From an uncultured bacterium (GTDB taxonomy: Bacteria > Verrucomicrobiota > Verrucomicrobiia > Limisphaerales > UBA8199), in NCBI GenBank assembly GCA_963749495.1, contig CAVVMW010000004.1:800001-864000 (forward strand): a stretch of DNA of 64,000 nucleotides, read 5' to 3'. The translations under genes and the position numbers were made by a program. Shown here piece by piece: positions 60,550 through 64,000 of the stretch; position 1 is the stretch's first letter, and each line of letters begins with the position of its first letter. The notes under the pieces are model-generated. The model ran no database searches, was not told the origin of the DNA, and worked only from the letters and a program-made list of their open reading frames with translations.

Positions 60550-60745
60550 CGTGAGCATAGCCGCTGGTCCGGGCGCCGCCGGCCATTTGCAGGCCCCGGT
60601 TCGTGCGCAGCCCGTTGACGTAGGTGTACTTCACAGTGTCGCTGGCCCACGGGCCGGCCTCGCTCAGGACCTGCCCCAAGCGGTCGTAAGTGTGCTGGGT
60701 CTGGCGGAGGGCGCCAAACATGTTCGTCACCCGATTCAGGGCGCG
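60550..60745 (-). pseudogene. RHS/YD-repeat protein fragment in the spacer between the mnmA copies
   Basis: NRVTNM..TQHTYDRLGQVLSEAGPWASDTVKYTYVNGLRT. Confidence 0.6.
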
Positions 60746-61172
60746 GGAGGTGCATGGGGCACCAAAGCCTTCACCTCCGCCCAAATGCTGGCCTGAGGAA
60801 CCAAGAAGCGGTAAGATTCGAAAATGCAGCACTTCACGTTCAGGAGTTGTCAATACTACGTTCGGACCCCTTTTCGCCGGGCCGCTGGAAGACCCGTTGC
60901 GGTCTGCCTCGAAGTGAAAAGCTATGGTCTGACCCCTCGCCGGGGTGAACCAGAACTGGGGAATCACGGGAGCGACGCTGCATCGTTCCCCCCCAACGAA
61001 GCCTCTGGCATTTCTTGGGGATCATCGTGGCGCCGGATAGCCGCAAGGTTTTGGACTGCGCCCCCGATGTATCGGGGGCGCTTTTTGGACCCTGGGGACA
61101 CGAAAGCGCCAGAGGACTGGCGCAGTCCAAAACGCTTCGCGATTTCGGGTGCCGGATTTCGGATTTGGGCTT

Positions 61173-62267
61173 TCACGTTCCCGCCCTAATCCATCCTCCA
61201 CCCACGACGAGGTCGCCCTGGTAGAACACGGCGGCCTGGCCTGGGGTAACGGCGCGCTGGGGACACTGGAGCCGGACCCTGGCCCTGCCGCCGTCCAGCG
61301 GCGTCACGGTGGCCGGCGTGCCGGGATGATGGTAGCGGATCTGGACGTTAGCCTCGAGGCTGCGCGGCGGATGGTCGAAAGCAATCCAGTTGCACCGCTC
61401 GACCTCGAAGTCGGAGCGGGCCAGCGCCGAGGCGTCGCCCACGACGACCCGGTTGTTGGCGGCGTCCAGTTCGATGACATACAGCGGTCTGGGCGCCGAG
61501 ACGCCCAGGCCCTTGCGCTGGCCGATGGTGTAGAACTCGATGCCCTGGTGGTGGCCCAGGACCTGGCCGTTGAGGTTCACGATTTCGCCCCGGTGCGGCT
61601 GCGCCAGCTTCGCCTGGCGGAGGAATCTCCCGTAGTCGTCGTCGGGCACGAAGCAAATCTCCATGCTCTCCTGCTTCTCGGCGGTCTTGAGGCGCCAACT
61701 GCGCGCCACGGCGCGTGCGTCGGTCTTGGTCCGTTCGCCCAGGGGGAAGAGGGCGCGGGCCAACTGGTCCTGGCGCAGCGAAAACAGGAAATAGCTCTGG
61801 TCCTTGTGCGGGTCCAGTCCGCGCCGGAGCAGTGTGCGGGCGCCCTCTGCGGCCGGCCGCGACTCCAGCCTGGCAAAATGGCCGGTGGCGACATATTGCG
61901 CCCCGAGTTGGTCGGCCCGCTCGATGAGGCGGCCGAATTTGAGGTCCTGGTTGCACATCACGCAGGGGTTGGGCGTGCGGCCCGCCTTGTATTCCGCGGC
62001 GAAGTATTCGATGACCTTCTGCTGGAACACAGCCGCTTCGTCAACCAGGTAGAAGGGGATGCCCAGCTTGTGGCAGACCGCCCGGGCGTCCATGACCGCC
62101 TGCGGTCCGCAACACTTGTCCTCGGCGCGCGCAACGCAATCCTGGGGCCAGAGCTTGAGCGTGATGCCCACCACCTCGTAGCCCTGCTCCAGCAATAGCG
62201 CGGCCGCGGCGGAGGAATCCACCCCGCCGCTCATCCCCACCACCACACGCGTTTTGCTCTCGCTCAC
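61173..62267 (-). CDS. mnmA: tRNA 2-thiouridine(34) synthase MnmA, copy 2
   Basis: Same motifs; five amino-acid differences from copy 1 seen. Confidence 0.95.
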   Translation of the reverse strand: MSESKTRVVVGMSGGVDSSAAAALLLEQGYEVVGITLKLWPQDCVARAEDKCCGPQAVMDARAVCHKLGIPFYLVDEAAVFQQKVIEYFAAEYKAGRTPNPCVMCNQDLKFGRLIERADQLGAQYVATGHFARLESRPAAEGARTLLRRGLDPHKDQSYFLFSLRQDQLARALFPLGERTKTDARAVARSWRLKTAEKQESMEICFVPDDDYGRFLRQAKLAQPHRGEIVNLNGQVLGHHQGIEFYTIGQRKGLGVSAPRPLYVIELDAANNRVVVGDASALARSDFEVERCNWIAFDHPPRSLEANVQIRYHHPGTPATVTPLDGGRARVRLQCPQRAVTPGQAAVFYQGDLVVGGGWIRAGT

Positions 62268-62316
62268 CAGGCGCTTAACATACGCGCCGCGCACAACCCT
62301 GTAAACCTCGCCCGAA

Positions 62317-62488
62317 GGCGTCTTTTTTAAACCACGGAACACACGGAACACACGGAAAAGGCCCCTTCCGTGTATTCCGTGTATTCCGTGGTTCTCGATT
62401 TTCTCTCGATTGGCACGGAAACTGAGCAGGTCCGATTTTCCCTGTAGATCTGGCACAAGACGATTTGATTAGGCAAGGTTTGGGGCCG
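62317..62488. mobile_element. 172-bp insertion with 8-bp target duplication, carrying an inverted 9-mer tandem (CACGGAACA)
   Basis: CGCCCGAA at 62309-62316 and 62489-62496; absent from unit 1 (CACCCGAA at 60248-60255). Confidence 0.85.
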
Positions 62489-62998
62489 CGCCCGAACGAA
62501 TGACGAATGACGAATGACCAACCGCAAGGTCTTCCTTTCGTCATTCGTCATTCGTCATTCGTCATTTCATTCTCCTAACGCACCTCGCGGGTGAAGTCGG
62601 TTCGTTTTGTTCTCGCCAGGAATTCGCGTTCATTCGCGTCTATTCGCGGTTCAACTGCCGTTTCCAGGATGACGAATGACGAAGGCTAAATCGAACCCGG
62701 TAACATTGGCACGACCTTTGTCGCGGCCTTTGTCGTCCGGGCGCATCCCAACGCCGCGCCCGGAGTGCGCCCGTCCCCGGGCGCAGCAGCGGCGGAGCGG
62801 CCAGGCGCGCCGGAGCACTTGAAAGGGGTCTGCCATGACTTTTCCCTGCGGCACTCGCACGGAAAGCGTGAGAACGCAGAAAGTGAAAAGTTAAAGTTGA
62901 CCCTTTTCTGGGCTTGCAACCGAGCATTATCGGTTTAAGATGCGTTCAAATATGACGGGCAGTTTGCAATACGTCTATGAAGTTCAAATTGAATCCCA

Positions 62999-63475
62999 AT
63001 GTTCAGCAATTCCCACCAGCCTATGAGTGCACCAAAAGCGCCTGATGCCGATTCGGCAAAGAACCCCTTTGAAGACAATTTGTCTAAATACCGCCAATCG
63101 CTCCTCGCCGCTGAGCAGACCATGCAAGGTGAGTATGACAAGGGTGTGCTGACATTATCTGCGGGTGCCCTTGGGATTTCACTCCTGTTCCTGAAGGATG
63201 TTGTAGGAACCAGGCCGTTAGTTCACAGTTGGTGTCTGTTGGCTGCGTGGACAGTCTGGGGTCTAAGCATTGCGTTTGTGCTGACATCCTATTTCACCAG
63301 CACGAAAGCACTCAGACGCGCTGTCATGGACACAGATTTAAAGAACATCTATGTCACTTTAGCTGAGAGTTGCTGGGCTACCGCAACCAAGGTCTTAAAC
63401 GCTGCCGGAGGTATATGCTTCTTCATCGGCATAGTCCTCCTCGTGACGTTCGTGTCATTCAACCTAACCAAATAG
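62999..63475 (+). CDS. Hypothetical 3-TM membrane protein, AT-richer
   Basis: YDKGVLTLSAGALGISLLFL, two further hydrophobic helices; start may be ATG 63023. Confidence 0.75.
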   Translation: MFSNSHQPMSAPKAPDADSAKNPFEDNLSKYRQSLLAAEQTMQGEYDKGVLTLSAGALGISLLFLKDVVGTRPLVHSWCLLAAWTVWGLSIAFVLTSYFTSTKALRRAVMDTDLKNIYVTLAESCWATATKVLNAAGGICFFIGIVLLVTFVSFNLTK

Positions 63476-63480
63476 CATAT

Positions 63481-63669
63481 ATGGCAAACAAACCACGTCC
63501 GACTCCGAACGTTCCTCGGCCTTCAGTTCCACCAGCGCACCAGCCTGCAAGGGGTCCCATCCAGAAGGGATACATTCCGCCGCCGCCCCCACCACCACCG
63601 GCACAGGCGCCCGCGGCACCAGCACCACCGACGCCGCCGCCAGCACCACCGACGCCCAAGGGCAAGTGA
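63481..63669 (+). CDS. Proline-rich small protein
   Basis: ATG 5 nt after the previous stop; MANKPRPTP..QKGYIPPPPPPPP..PKGK*, Pro codons varied. Confidence 0.55.
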   Translation: MANKPRPTPNVPRPSVPPAHQPARGPIQKGYIPPPPPPPPAQAPAAPAPPTPPPAPPTPKGK

Positions 63670-63678
63670 CGCCTCCCA

Positions 63679-63873
63679 ATAGCGGGGTCAGAACAAAGTT
63701 TTTCCACAATTCTCCACCGAGGCGGCAGGAACAGGCTTGACATTGGCGGCTTTGGCGGACACCCTCGGGATACGATTCTGGCCCGAAGGCGCTGAATTCA
63801 CGGAGCGTGGCGCGACCTGTGGAGCGATCTATCAGGAGCGAATGGTGAAGAAACGTTGTTCTGATCCCGCTAT
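63679..63873. mobile_element. MITE-like element with 29-bp imperfect TIRs
   Basis: ATAGCGGGGTCAGAACAAAGTTTTTCCAC versus GTGAAGAAACGTTGTTCTGATCCCGCTAT (25/29). Confidence 0.75.
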
Positions 63874-64000
63874 GACCCCGCCACGCAAGCGGTTTGGACG
63901 GCCTTTAGAGATGGTGGCAGTTCGTCGCACGCGTACCCTTGCGACTGCCCCAATTTATATGGTTTCATGGTGACCGCCTTTAGGCTTCGGTTCTGCTATT

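Larger units (their letters stand above)
60942..62668. repeat. Tandem duplication unit 2 (contains an extra insertion)
   Basis: Colinear with 58881-60448. Confidence 0.95.

Overview
GC-rich bacterial DNA. The gene content (prepilin-type [10 protein letters not shown] protein, GloVer-repeat S53 protease, propeller sensor kinase, proteins ending in a ...FYR domain) suggests Verrucomicrobiota subdivision 3 (Pedosphaera/Limisphaera-like); this is an inference. Housekeeping and metabolic genes include fumC, rarA, two mnmA copies, a PLP decarboxylase, OPT and ABC transporters, glycoside hydrolases, a two-component system and tRNA-Ala(CGC). They are interspersed with accessory DNA of four kinds. (i) An AT-richer islet at ~24.9-31.5 kb carries a catalytically degenerate dCTP-deaminase-fold protein fused to two TM helices, next to an Hhe-like SF1 helicase-nuclease; this is the best candidate for an undescribed defence system. 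(ii) A dense, nested population of non-autonomous repeats: REP-like palindromes, short TIR-bounded shells with variable cargo, and inverted 7-mer and 9/10-mer tandem repeats. Two empty/filled site pairs show 8-bp target duplications, and no transposase is visible in the window. (iii) Several small cargo blocks are flanked by duplicated gene ends (5' half of tRNA-Ala, 3' end of a GT28-PHP gene, 5' end of a small gene), and mnmA is tandemly duplicated. (iv) Three genes have clean internal deletions. About ten single-indel frameshifts in otherwise intact genes are most simply explained as long-read consensus errors. All family assignments are from motif recognition by eye; no searches were run.
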